A stretch of 64,000 bases of DNA from Candidatus Wallbacteria bacterium (GTDB taxonomy: Bacteria; Muiribacteriota; UBA6191; JACPRK01): assembly GCA_016190005.1 (NCBI GenBank), contig JACPRK010000170.1, forward strand, positions 1,877 to 65,876, read 5' to 3'. The notes below the pieces were generated by a model. That model saw only the letters and a program-made list of their open reading frames with translations, ran no database searches and was not told where the DNA came from. The position numbers and the translations under genes were made by a program. Every line of letters starts with the position of its first letter. Position 1 is the stretch's first letter. This document shows positions 9,073 to 17,770 of the stretch, piece by piece.

Positions 9073-10446
9073 TCAGACGTCATCCAGATACTTGTCGTGA
9101 TACAGCATCAGCATCATCGGGGGGACGGCGTCGGCGACCGTTCCGTCGATCAGCCGGAATGCCACCGCAATCGGCGAGGCCGCGCGGTTGTCGGTGTAGG
9201 GCGGGAACTCGTCGTCGAAGCGGCGGTTGGACTCCGTGGACCCCCAGCGCTTGCCGACGCAGAGCATGTCGAACTGCTCGAACTTCCTCGAGGCCTTGTT
9301 CCACCGGACCCAGCCGTAGACAGACGTCTCGAAGCCACGCTCAGCCGGCGTGGGCGTGCTCACCTCGGACTGCTTCCAGACTCCTCGCGCAACCGTGCGC
9401 GTGGCGCCTTCGAGCTTGATCTGCACCACGTCGCCCTCGATCTTCTCGACGACTCCGTCGATCGACGCCACCTTCACGTCGTCTCGGCCGAAGGGCGTGC
9501 TCAGACCGAGCACATTGTCTACGAGCTGGTAGCGGGCGAGCCGCCTGGCGAAACGCTCCGGCAACGAGAAGCGCTGACCCACCTCGAGCCGCTCGGGCAC
9601 CATCTCTGCCGGGTTCTCGTACCACGTGGCATCCATGTTCCACATGCCGAGAGTCCACTCCTTGCCGTAGTTGCCGTTGGCCTTCGGGTCGAATGGTCCG
9701 CGCTCGAGATCACGCGTGAAATTGCGCAACACCAGCGTGCCCTCGGGAATTCGGCGTCCATCGATGAAATGACTCCAACGGAAGCCGTGAGCCAGCTCGG
9801 ATGTGACCGAGCTCTTCAGGAGCCGTTCCTCCTTCGTCAGCTTCTTCCACTCCGCCAGCGCTTCTTCCAGCATCGGCTTCAAGTGGGTATCGCCCACCCG
9901 CGGGTTCTTGTTGAACGACGCCAGCGGCCGCCCACTCGGTGCGATCGCGTAGAAGCCGATGACGGTGGAACGCTCGCTCCAGCCGTGGTTCTTCCACGCC
10001 CGCTGCAAACTCGGCTGATCGGCCATCCCCGACTTGAAGAGGAACGGCCGCAACTCCGGATGATCGTGGACCTTCTTCTGCCAGGCCTTGTGATCCTCGG
10101 CAACAGGAATGAAATTCTGGGTGACCAGCTCCCTCACCCCGGGGTCGGACCAGACGAACCGCCGGTCATAGGCGCCCTGGCTTCAGACGAAGCCCATCGG
10201 CTGGCCGCGCTTCTGCCAGAGCAGGATCGGCTTGTCCTCGAGCTGCGCTTCCACGAGCGCCTCCAGCATCGTGAGCCGCCACGGGATCTCCTGGAAGGTG
10301 AGCTCCCTGGCCGGTGGCTGCACCCGCTGGAACAGCTTCCGCGCCTCGGCATCCTCCATCCGGGTCGGCGGCGCAGCCTGCGCCGCTCCGACGGCCACTC
10401 CCAACAGGACCGACCAGACCACCCCCCGCCAGCGCATCTCCATCAC
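9073..10446 (-). CDS. Secreted thioredoxin-fold (Thioredoxin_7-like) protein with one in-frame TGA (10183..10185): candidate selenoprotein, otherwise a disrupted gene
   Basis: ORFs 10183..10446 and 9073..10137 share one frame. The junction reads KPILLWQKRGQPMGFV-TGA-SQGAYDRRFVWSDPGVRELVTQNFIPVAED. Signal peptide at the N-terminus. The TGA falls at the position of the first Cys of the Trx CxxC motif. Confidence 0.55.
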
Positions 10447-10528
10447 AACGAAACCTCCTCGGCTCCCCGATCCACGACTTCAGTCTCCCAGGTCACCTCT
10501 CTAAAGATAGCACGACCAATGAAAACCG

Positions 10529-10587
10529 GGAAAACTGGGGACACACGACCAATTTTAAAAAAATTGGTCGTGTGTCCCCAGTTTTCC
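10529..10587. repeat. Perfect 59-nt palindrome (28-nt arms, 3-nt AAA centre)
   Basis: GGAAAACTGGGGACACACGACCAATTTT-AAA-AAAATTGGTCGTGTGTCCCCAGTTTTCC, read directly. AT-rich centre in a GC-rich genome, within the divergent intergenic region 10447..10661. Confidence 0.9.
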
Positions 10588-10593
10588 TGTTCG

Positions 10594-10607
10594 GTGACCG
10601 AGGTCAC
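10594..10607. promoter_or_regulatory. 14-nt palindrome GTGACC-GA-GGTCAC, candidate operator
   Basis: Read directly. Lies 19 nt upstream of the putative -35 of the caspase-like/FGE gene. An additional GGTCAC half-site is at about 10490. Confidence 0.25.
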
Positions 10608-10625
10608 GGCGATTTCGTATCCGAG

Positions 10626-10655
10626 TTGACACCTTCCAACGGGCGGGCGTAGAAC
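10626..10655 (+). promoter_or_regulatory. Sigma70-like promoter candidate (TTGACA-N18-TAGAAC) placing the transcription start at or next to the ATG (possibly leaderless mRNA)
   Basis: -35 TTGACA at 10626..10631 and -10 TAGAAC at 10650..10655. Only 6 nt (gggctc, no Shine-Dalgarno) separate the -10 from the ATG at 10662. Confidence 0.3.
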
Positions 10656-10661
10656 GGGCTC

Positions 10662-12170
10662 ATGAAGCCGATGAATACCCCCACGCACTTCGCCCGCGCG
10701 GGGCGGGCCGCACTGGCGGCGTCGCTGCTGCTCCTGGTCGGCCTGGCCGCGACGGCCATCGCCGAGGACCCGCCCTCGAAGAAGGAAGAGGAGCCCTGGA
10801 TTCCGGGCACAGACGAGGGACCTCCCTCACGCTGCCTCATCATCGGCATCGCCCGCTATCCGGCTTCGGAGGACGCGCTCCCGGCCGTCTCGGAGCCCGC
10901 CCGAAACCTGGCCCGCTTCTTCAAGGCGGGCTCCTTCAAGTCGATCGTCACGCTCTTCGACGAGGAGGCGACCTCGGAGGCCATCCGCCGCGAGGTGGAC
11001 AAGCTCACAAGCTACCCCCAGCCCTCGCGCCGCATCATCATCAACTATAGCGGCTGGCAGTGGAAAGACCCGGCCTCCGGCGCCAGCTTCCTGGTGCCCT
11101 ACGACGGCCTGCGCGACGGCTCGATGAAGAACCTCATCCCGATGGACCACGTCTCCCAGCGCCTGGCCCAGTCGAACGCCGAGCTGCGCGCAGCCTACTT
11201 CCACACCTGCTTCCGCAAGCTCGACCCGACCCCCATGGCCCGCGGCTTCGGCTCACTCGACTGGAAGGCTGAGGTGATTCCGGTCCCCGTGGGCAGCTGT
11301 GCCATTCTCACCTGCGGCCCGGAACCTACCGCCCTCGAGGAGCTCGGGCCATCCGGCGCACCCCCCACCCCTGCCACGACTGGGTCGCACAAGCCCAGCG
11401 TCCGCCGTAAGGGCCTGGCCTACCTGGGCCTCAACGGCCAAGGCTACGAGGAGTACAAGAACGAGCGCGACGGCTCCATCCTCATCTACGTCCCCGGCGG
11501 CACCTTCTGCCTGGGCCACGGCGGCCGCTGGATCGACACCATCCCGCGCGTGCGCGCCACCCTCTCGCCCTACCTCATTGGCAAGCACGAGGTCACCCTT
11601 GGCCAGTACAAGAAGTTCTGCGACGAGACCCCGTACGAGATGCCGAAGGTCGGCTGGTGGGACCCGGCCGATGACGAGCCGATGGAGGAAATGATGTGGG
11701 AAGACGCCGTCGGCTACGCGGACTGGGCCGGGTTGCGGCTTCCGACCGAGGCCGAGTGGGAGTACGCCGCGCGCGGGCCCGACGGACGCCGGTTCCCCTG
11801 GGGCAACGAACCCTGGAATGCCGGAGGGACCTTCCGGGCCAACTTCTTCGGCGACGAGGAGCTGGGCGTCACCTGTGACAAATTCTTCCGCACCGCGCCC
11901 GTCACCGCCTTCCCCGAGGGCGCCTCGCCATTCGGCTGCCTCAACATGCTCGGCAATGTGATGGAGTGGTGCGCTGATCGTTACGACGCCTTCGCCTACC
12001 TGACCGCCGAATCGACCAACCCGCAAGGCCCCAGCGCCGGCATCCACCGCACCCGCCGCGGCGGCAGCTGGAACTCTCCGCCCGAGGAGGTCCACGCCGC
12101 CAACCGCGGTCTGAACCACCCCTCGGAGCAGTGGGAGGACACCGGTTTCCGGATAGCGTGCTCTCCTTGA
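10662..12170 (+). CDS. Secreted caspase-like (peptidase C14-like) domain fused to an FGE/SUMF1-type (formylglycine-generating-enzyme-like) domain
   Basis: Signal peptide. N-domain CLIIGIARYP...IIINYSGWQW...AAYFHTCFRK resembles the caspase fold. C-domain RLPTEAEWEYAARG...FPWG...RGGSWNSPPEEVHAANRG...GFRIA is the FGE-sulfatase (PF03781) pattern. Confidence 0.75.
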   Translation: MKPMNTPTHFARAGRAALAASLLLLVGLAATAIAEDPPSKKEEEPWIPGTDEGPPSRCLIIGIARYPASEDALPAVSEPARNLARFFKAGSFKSIVTLFDEEATSEAIRREVDKLTSYPQPSRRIIINYSGWQWKDPASGASFLVPYDGLRDGSMKNLIPMDHVSQRLAQSNAELRAAYFHTCFRKLDPTPMARGFGSLDWKAEVIPVPVGSCAILTCGPEPTALEELGPSGAPPTPATTGSHKPSVRRKGLAYLGLNGQGYEEYKNERDGSILIYVPGGTFCLGHGGRWIDTIPRVRATLSPYLIGKHEVTLGQYKKFCDETPYEMPKVGWWDPADDEPMEEMMWEDAVGYADWAGLRLPTEAEWEYAARGPDGRRFPWGNEPWNAGGTFRANFFGDEELGVTCDKFFRTAPVTAFPEGASPFGCLNMLGNVMEWCADRYDAFAYLTAESTNPQGPSAGIHRTRRGGSWNSPPEEVHAANRGLNHPSEQWEDTGFRIACSP

Positions 12171-12375
12171 CCCACCCCACCCGGGTCTTGTCACAGTTCG
12201 TCACGGAAAGAACACGCACCCGTCGGTTGTAGCCCCGCGACGCCCGCATCACTGTTGCGGATACTTTGGATGAGGCCCGGCGTCGTTTGCCATGCGCCGC
12301 GTCTCGAGTGTATGCTGATCCAAGCCCAGAGCCGTTGACGGGAACTTCCAGAGGGGCCCAGGAGCCCCCGAGCGC

Positions 12376-14010
12376 ATGTCTCACGCCTACTCCCTCGACC
12401 CGGTCCTGTACACCTCCGCTTCCGACGCGGTCGACCAACGCTACATGGGCCAGATGCGCGAGCAGGACCAGGCTCCGGTCGCGACGGATGCCTCCAAGCC
12501 CCGCTTCACGCTCGTCGTCGGGCCCTCGCCCTTCACGATGCCGCGCGGCTGGGAGTTCTTCCTGGCCTCCCCGTACGAGGGCATCTCCTACATCGCCACG
12601 GTGCTCCACAACGCCGGTTATCCGGTTCGCATCGTCGACGTCCGCTACGACCGCAATCCGGTCCAGTCGGCGCTGGATCAGATCCTCCCGGGCACCGACG
12701 TGCTGGGCGTCGCGACCTTCGAGGACAACTTCCCCTTCCAGGAGGAGCTGATCGCCCTCGTCAAGCAGCGCCGGCCCGACCTCCCCGTCATCCTGGGCGG
12801 CTCGCTCGTCACCTCCGTGCCGCACGTGCTGATGCGCCACACGCGCGCCGACGTCGCCGTCATCAGTGAGGGCGAGATCACCATCCTGGAGCTGCTCGAC
12901 AGCTACGCGGCCGGCGACTGGCCGCGCAAGCTCCCCGAGATCCGCGGCATCTGGTATCGCACGCCGTCCGGGGAGATTGCCCGCACCACGCCCCGCGGCC
13001 AGGTGTTGGATCTCAACTCCCTGCCGCGCATGAACCTCTCGCTCTGGCCTCAGGCCCGTGGCCCGGGCGGTCTGCAGCCGCAGATCATCGCCTCGCACAG
13101 CCGGGGCTGCAAGATGGACTGTTCCTTCTGCTACCGCACGACCCCCCAGCTGCGCGAGAAGTCTCCCGAGAAGCTGCGTCAAGAGCTGCGTCATCTGAAG
13201 GACAACTACCAGATCGAGTTCGTCTTCTTCGTCGACCTCACCTTCACCTCGGACAAACGGCGCACACTGGAGCTCTGCAGCGTCATCGAGGAGTTCGACA
13301 TCGGCTGGACCTGCCTGACACGGTGTGCCGATGTCGATCCGGAAGTTCTCGGCGCAATGCAGCGCTCCGGCTGCGACATCATCCTCTACGGGGTCGAGTC
13401 GCTCTCGGCCAAGGTGCTGCGCGAGGCCCGCAAGGGCAGCCACGAGAACACCGTGCTGCGCGCGATGAACCAGACCTTCGACGCCGGCCTGCGATTTGGC
13501 GGCCTCACCATCGTCGGACTGCCCGGCGAGACCGAGGAATCGCTCGATCACATGTGCAGCTGGGCCGAGGAGTACCGGCACATCACGCGCGTGAAGTACC
13601 TCTCCGCCATGCCCGGCACCACCGTCTACCACGAGGCGCTGCGCGACGGGATGATCAGGAGCGAGGTCGATCACCTGCGCTGGCTCGCCACCGAGCAGGC
13701 GCTGGAGCGCGACGAGTTCCTCAACTACAACGGCCTGCCACCCACCGTCATCCGGCGCGCCTACAGGCGCCTCTACGACAGCTACCAGCCCGGCCCCGTG
13801 ATGGACTTCCGCCACTTCCCGGCCGAGTTCGAGTACTTCGATCCCGATCCGGACCCGTCCCGACCGTGGCGAGGCAAGTTCAGCAGCGCGTCCGCTCCGC
13901 TGATGCCGGGGATCGAGAATCACCGGCGCCCCGAGCTCTGCCACCCGGGCACGCGCTTCACCCCCCACCCGATCGAGGCGCAGCCGCCGATGCCGCCCGC
14001 CCACGTTTGA
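12376..14010 (+). CDS. Cobalamin-binding-domain radical SAM protein (class B)
   Basis: CKMDCSFC (Cx3Cx2C) radical SAM cluster motif. It is preceded by a Rossmann-like B12-binding-type domain (VRIVDVRY...DVLGVATF...PVILGGSLVT). 544 aa. Confidence 0.85.
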   Translation: MSHAYSLDPVLYTSASDAVDQRYMGQMREQDQAPVATDASKPRFTLVVGPSPFTMPRGWEFFLASPYEGISYIATVLHNAGYPVRIVDVRYDRNPVQSALDQILPGTDVLGVATFEDNFPFQEELIALVKQRRPDLPVILGGSLVTSVPHVLMRHTRADVAVISEGEITILELLDSYAAGDWPRKLPEIRGIWYRTPSGEIARTTPRGQVLDLNSLPRMNLSLWPQARGPGGLQPQIIASHSRGCKMDCSFCYRTTPQLREKSPEKLRQELRHLKDNYQIEFVFFVDLTFTSDKRRTLELCSVIEEFDIGWTCLTRCADVDPEVLGAMQRSGCDIILYGVESLSAKVLREARKGSHENTVLRAMNQTFDAGLRFGGLTIVGLPGETEESLDHMCSWAEEYRHITRVKYLSAMPGTTVYHEALRDGMIRSEVDHLRWLATEQALERDEFLNYNGLPPTVIRRAYRRLYDSYQPGPVMDFRHFPAEFEYFDPDPDPSRPWRGKFSSASAPLMPGIENHRRPELCHPGTRFTPHPIEAQPPMPPAHV

Positions 14011-14015
14011 CGCGC

Positions 14016-16337
14016 ATGACGCGCCCGCGGCTGCCGCTGCTCATCGCGGCCGCCCTCGCCACCGCCGCGGAGTCGCCGGCGGCAGCGCCGGCCGAGGTCT
14101 CGCTCGCGGTGGCTCCCCTGCACGGCCCCGCCCTCGCTGCGCGGGCGCCGTTTCGCATGACGCTTCGCGTCACAGCGCACACCCCATTCCCCGCGCCCGG
14201 CCAGTCGTTGCGCGTGGAGTTGCCTCACTATCACGCCTACGAGGGCCCCAGCGTCCCTCAGACCGACCAACCACAGGCCCCCGGCTATACGCGCTTGACG
14301 CTGGCTCCACCCGGCGCTTTCTTGCGCGTGCTGGAGCCGCGCCTGGCGCCGGTCGTCGTCGTCACCGCGGGCGCCGGCTTTGACCTGGTCCTGCCGCGCC
14401 CCCTGAAGCCCGGCCAGACACTCGAAGCCGTCTACGGCTCGGGCCTTCCCGGCGCCGCCCTCGCCGGCGAGCTGGCGGTCGAGCCGACCAGGCCCGGCTA
14501 CAAGCCGTTCGTTTGCCGGCTGCTCGAGCCTGACGGTGCTCCGGGTCCCGTCCTGGCCCAGGCCAGCCCGCCCATCCTTGCCGCAGCAGCGACAAAGCTC
14601 GCCGTCATCGGCCAGGCGGTCGTCCGACCGGGGCTGCCGTTTGCCCTTCGGCTGGTAACTCTCGACGCCTGGGGGAACCAGGCCGAGAGCTTCCGCGGCA
14701 CACTCACGGTCGACGCCCCAAGCGGACCCGTGCCGATCGCCTTTGGCGCCTCCGAGCGGGGAGTCGCGATCACCACCCTCACCGCGCCCGTCACGCCCAC
14801 CGTCTTGCGCCTCGCGGTCCGCGGCCCGGGAAAGCTGGCGGGCCGGAGCAATCCCGTGATCGTAAGCGCCGAGAAGGAGGGGGTCTTCTTCGGCGACCTC
14901 CACGTCCACTCGGGAGACGCATCGACCGACGCCTACGGGAGCTTCCAGGATGCGTACGCCTTCGCTCGCGACGTCGGCGGGCTAGACTTCGCCGCAAAGA
15001 CCGATCACGACGGAGAGCTGCCCGAGCCGCTCTGGCAGCGCTCGCGCGAGGCGGCCAGCCGCGCCGACGCTCCCGGGCGATTCGTGGCGTTTCTCGGTTT
15101 CGAGTGGACGCCGGCCCGCAGCTGGGGCCACCGAACGGTGCTGTTCAGCGGCCTCGAGGGCGCCGTGGTCCCGTGCGGTTCTGCGCGGGGCGCCACTCCT
15201 GGACAGCTCTGGCGCGCACTGGACCACTACCCGTGCCTGGGCATCCCACACCACCCCAGCTCCGAGCCCATCGAGCACCACCGCTTCGACTGGAGCGGCC
15301 ACGTGCCCGCGCGGGAGCCGCTGGTCGAGATCTTCAGCCAGTGGAACCGTTCCAAGGAACAGCTGATGGGGATGGACTCCGAGACCAATCCAAACGGCGT
15401 GCAGGCGGCGCTGGTCTCCGGGAAGCGGCTGGGATTCGTTGGCGGCAGCGACAGTCACACTGCGATGGGCGGCCGCACCGGCGGGTTGGCTGCGCTGCGC
15501 GCGCCCCGTCTGGACAGAGACTCGCTCTGGAGAGCGCTGATGAACCGGCGCACCTACGCGACCACGGGGGCACGGATTCTTCTGGACGTGCAAGTCGCCG
15601 AAGCGCCAGACCCCGGCCTGGCGATCGAGGTCCACGCCACGGCTCCCGTGACGCGCCTCGAGGTCGTCAAGGGCTGGCCCGGCGCCCCGATCCCCTTGGG
15701 TTCCTTCACGGTGCCGATTCCGCGCGACAGGGAAGACATCACGGTTCTTTGGCGAGACCCCGCGCCGGTGCGCGACAGCTTCTACTACGCGCGAGTCCTC
15801 CAGTCCGACGGCGGGCGCGCCTGGTCCAGCCCCGTCTGGGGGAGCCGGTCCGGGGCACGCGCGACCTCCAGTGATACGATCGAGTGGATGAAACTACCGC
15901 TCGGAAACCGGTGGAGCGCGGGTGCCCTCGAGTCACCCGCGCCGGCCCTTCCGGCGCTGACACTCCTGCCGAATGGCGTCGAGGTCCGCACCCCCGCCAT
16001 TCCATGGATTACCCGGGAACCCAGGCGGCGCGTCTCCTACTTTCACGCACGGATCGGCCCGATTGCCTTCGTCGAGGGGCGCCGCTACCGCCTCAAGGGC
16101 ACGCTCGGCGCCGAGCGGCCCACGATCGCCATCCTCCACACGCTCGACAACCGGACACGAAACCCGGGCCTCTTCTGCGCTGTGGAGCTGAAGGGGCCTG
16201 GCCACAAGGCCTCCATCGAGCGCAGCTTCGACGCCCGCCTGACCACCGGCGCGTCGCTGCACCTGTTCCTCCCCGTCGGAGACAACCGAGTGCGATTGAG
16301 CGAGCTGTCCATCGAGGAGGCCCGGGCCGCGCGCTGA
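14016..16337 (+). CDS. Secreted DUF3604 / PHP-like metal-dependent hydrolase domain protein
   Basis: Signal peptide MTRPRLPLLIAAALATAAE. FFGDLHVHSGDASTDAYGS...AAKTDHD...FLGFEWT...IPHHPS...GGSDSHT is a His/Asp-rich PHP/DUF3604-type pattern. ATG lies 5 nt after the rSAM stop. The ORF-track start at 13323 is an upstream extension overlapping the rSAM gene. Confidence 0.7.
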   Translation: MTRPRLPLLIAAALATAAESPAAAPAEVSLAVAPLHGPALAARAPFRMTLRVTAHTPFPAPGQSLRVELPHYHAYEGPSVPQTDQPQAPGYTRLTLAPPGAFLRVLEPRLAPVVVVTAGAGFDLVLPRPLKPGQTLEAVYGSGLPGAALAGELAVEPTRPGYKPFVCRLLEPDGAPGPVLAQASPPILAAAATKLAVIGQAVVRPGLPFALRLVTLDAWGNQAESFRGTLTVDAPSGPVPIAFGASERGVAITTLTAPVTPTVLRLAVRGPGKLAGRSNPVIVSAEKEGVFFGDLHVHSGDASTDAYGSFQDAYAFARDVGGLDFAAKTDHDGELPEPLWQRSREAASRADAPGRFVAFLGFEWTPARSWGHRTVLFSGLEGAVVPCGSARGATPGQLWRALDHYPCLGIPHHPSSEPIEHHRFDWSGHVPAREPLVEIFSQWNRSKEQLMGMDSETNPNGVQAALVSGKRLGFVGGSDSHTAMGGRTGGLAALRAPRLDRDSLWRALMNRRTYATTGARILLDVQVAEAPDPGLAIEVHATAPVTRLEVVKGWPGAPIPLGSFTVPIPRDREDITVLWRDPAPVRDSFYYARVLQSDGGRAWSSPVWGSRSGARATSSDTIEWMKLPLGNRWSAGALESPAPALPALTLLPNGVEVRTPAIPWITREPRRRVSYFHARIGPIAFVEGRRYRLKGTLGAERPTIAILHTLDNRTRNPGLFCAVELKGPGHKASIERSFDARLTTGASLHLFLPVGDNRVRLSELSIEEARAAR

Positions 16338-16349
16338 CCCGGCGGGAAG

Positions 16350-17759
16350 ATGCGGTACAACTCCTTCGCGTTTCTCGTCTTCGCCGCCGTCTTCTTCGCC
16401 ACATGGCCGCTGGTGCGCGGGCGCGACCGCAGCCGCTGGGTGGCCCTCACGCTCTTTTCCTTCTTCTTCTACGGGTGGTGGGACTGGCGCTTCACGACGC
16501 TCCTGGCCGCAAGCGGCCTCATCGACTACTGGGCCGCGCTGGCCATCGAGAAGTGGCGCGACCGGCGCCGGCCGCTCCTGGCCCTTTCCCTGGGCTGCAA
16601 CCTCACCATACTGGGCGCGTTCAAGTACGCCGGCTTCGCAGCCGAAAGCTTCAACAGCCTCTTCGAGGCCCTGGGAGGCAGCGCCTGGCTGCCCGTCCTC
16701 AGGATGCTTCCGCCGGCCGGCCTCAGCTTCTACACGTTCCAGGCGATGAGCTACACCATCGACGTCTACCGCGGCCGGCTCGCGGCGACGCGGGATATCT
16801 TCCACTTCTTCTCGTACCTCACCCTCTTTCCCCAGCTGGTCGCCGGTCCGATTGTGCGGGCCGCCGATCTCTTGCCTCAGCTCACCTGGGGCCGGGCGGT
16901 GACCGCCGAACAGCGGTGGGGTGGATTGCGCCTGATGGCGCAGGGTTTCTTCAAGAAGATGGTCATCGCCGACAACCTGGCCCCCGCCGTCAATCATGCG
17001 TTCTCGGCCTTCGACGTCACTCCCTCGGCGCCCTACTGGTGGCTGGTGGTGTCGATGACGGCCTTTCAGGTCTACGGCGACTTCAGCGGCTACTCCGACA
17101 TCGCGACGGGCCTCTGCAAGTGGATGGGCTACCAGCTCCTCCCCAACTTCGATCGCCCTTACACCGCCGCGAGTATGCGGGAGTTCTGGACCCGCTGGCA
17201 CATCTCGCTCACGAGCTGGTTCCGCGACTACGTCTACTACCCCTTGGGCGGCTCGCGCGGGACGGAGGCGATGACACACCGCAACAGCTGGCTCACCATG
17301 CTGCTGGTCGGCATCTGGCACGGGGCCAGCTGGAACTTCGTCGCCTTCGGCGTGCTACACGCCACTTTCCTCTCTGTTGAAAGGGTGGCCCGGATTCCGG
17401 AGCGGCTCTGCAAGCTGCCGCTGGGGCGGCCCGCCGCGGTCCTGCTCACGCTGGCGCAGGTCTGGCTCGGCTACGTGCTCTTCCGGGCCGTCAGCTTCGA
17501 CCAGGCAACCCGGATCATCCTTACACTCTTTTCACCTGGCGGGATGGACCAGGCAGGCCTGGGGCTGCTCCGGCCGGCGCTCCCCTTCCTGGCCCTCGGA
17601 GTGCTCTGGGAGCTGATCGCGGCGCTGGAGCCCCACAAGTGGTCCGTGACCGCGACCTCCGGGTGGCGGCAGGCGCAGATCGTCTTCACGGCCGTGCTCA
17701 TCTTTTGTTGCGTGTACCTGCGAGGGCCGGGTTCGGCCTTCGTCTACTTCCAGTTCTGA
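16350..17759 (+). CDS. MBOAT family O-acyltransferase (AlgI/DltB/PatA-like), copy 1
   Basis: SFYTFQAMSYTIDVYRG, FPQLVAGPIVRA and the invariant-His block GIWHGASWNF. Multi-pass membrane protein. 12 nt after the DUF3604 stop. Confidence 0.9.
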   Translation: MRYNSFAFLVFAAVFFATWPLVRGRDRSRWVALTLFSFFFYGWWDWRFTTLLAASGLIDYWAALAIEKWRDRRRPLLALSLGCNLTILGAFKYAGFAAESFNSLFEALGGSAWLPVLRMLPPAGLSFYTFQAMSYTIDVYRGRLAATRDIFHFFSYLTLFPQLVAGPIVRAADLLPQLTWGRAVTAEQRWGGLRLMAQGFFKKMVIADNLAPAVNHAFSAFDVTPSAPYWWLVVSMTAFQVYGDFSGYSDIATGLCKWMGYQLLPNFDRPYTAASMREFWTRWHISLTSWFRDYVYYPLGGSRGTEAMTHRNSWLTMLLVGIWHGASWNFVAFGVLHATFLSVERVARIPERLCKLPLGRPAAVLLTLAQVWLGYVLFRAVSFDQATRIILTLFSPGGMDQAGLGLLRPALPFLALGVLWELIAALEPHKWSVTATSGWRQAQIVFTAVLIFCCVYLRGPGSAFVYFQF

Positions 17760-17770
17760 CGCGCGTCACG

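Noticed and set aside
10662-12170. FGE-like protein as the maturase for the three nearby sulfatase-family enzymes
   Set aside because: The FGE-like domain lacks the catalytic Cys pair. None of the sulfatase-family proteins carries a C/S-x-P-x-R target motif (they read S-L-P-S/T-Y or T-L-P-A-T).
12171-12375. RiPP-type precursor peptide or cobalamin riboswitch upstream of the B12-radical SAM gene
   Set aside because: The only small ORF I could read (ATG at about 12270, 22 codons, MRPGVVCHAPRLECMLIQAQSR) has no convincing Shine-Dalgarno sequence or leader-like features. I could not find a B12-box-like sequence. There is no RiPP-associated protease, transporter or RRE gene in the operon.
11941-14004. 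687-aa minus-strand ORF antisense to the radical SAM gene
   Set aside because: Low-complexity G/A/R/D/V-rich translation. The + strand frame carries the Cx3Cx2C motif and a balanced composition.
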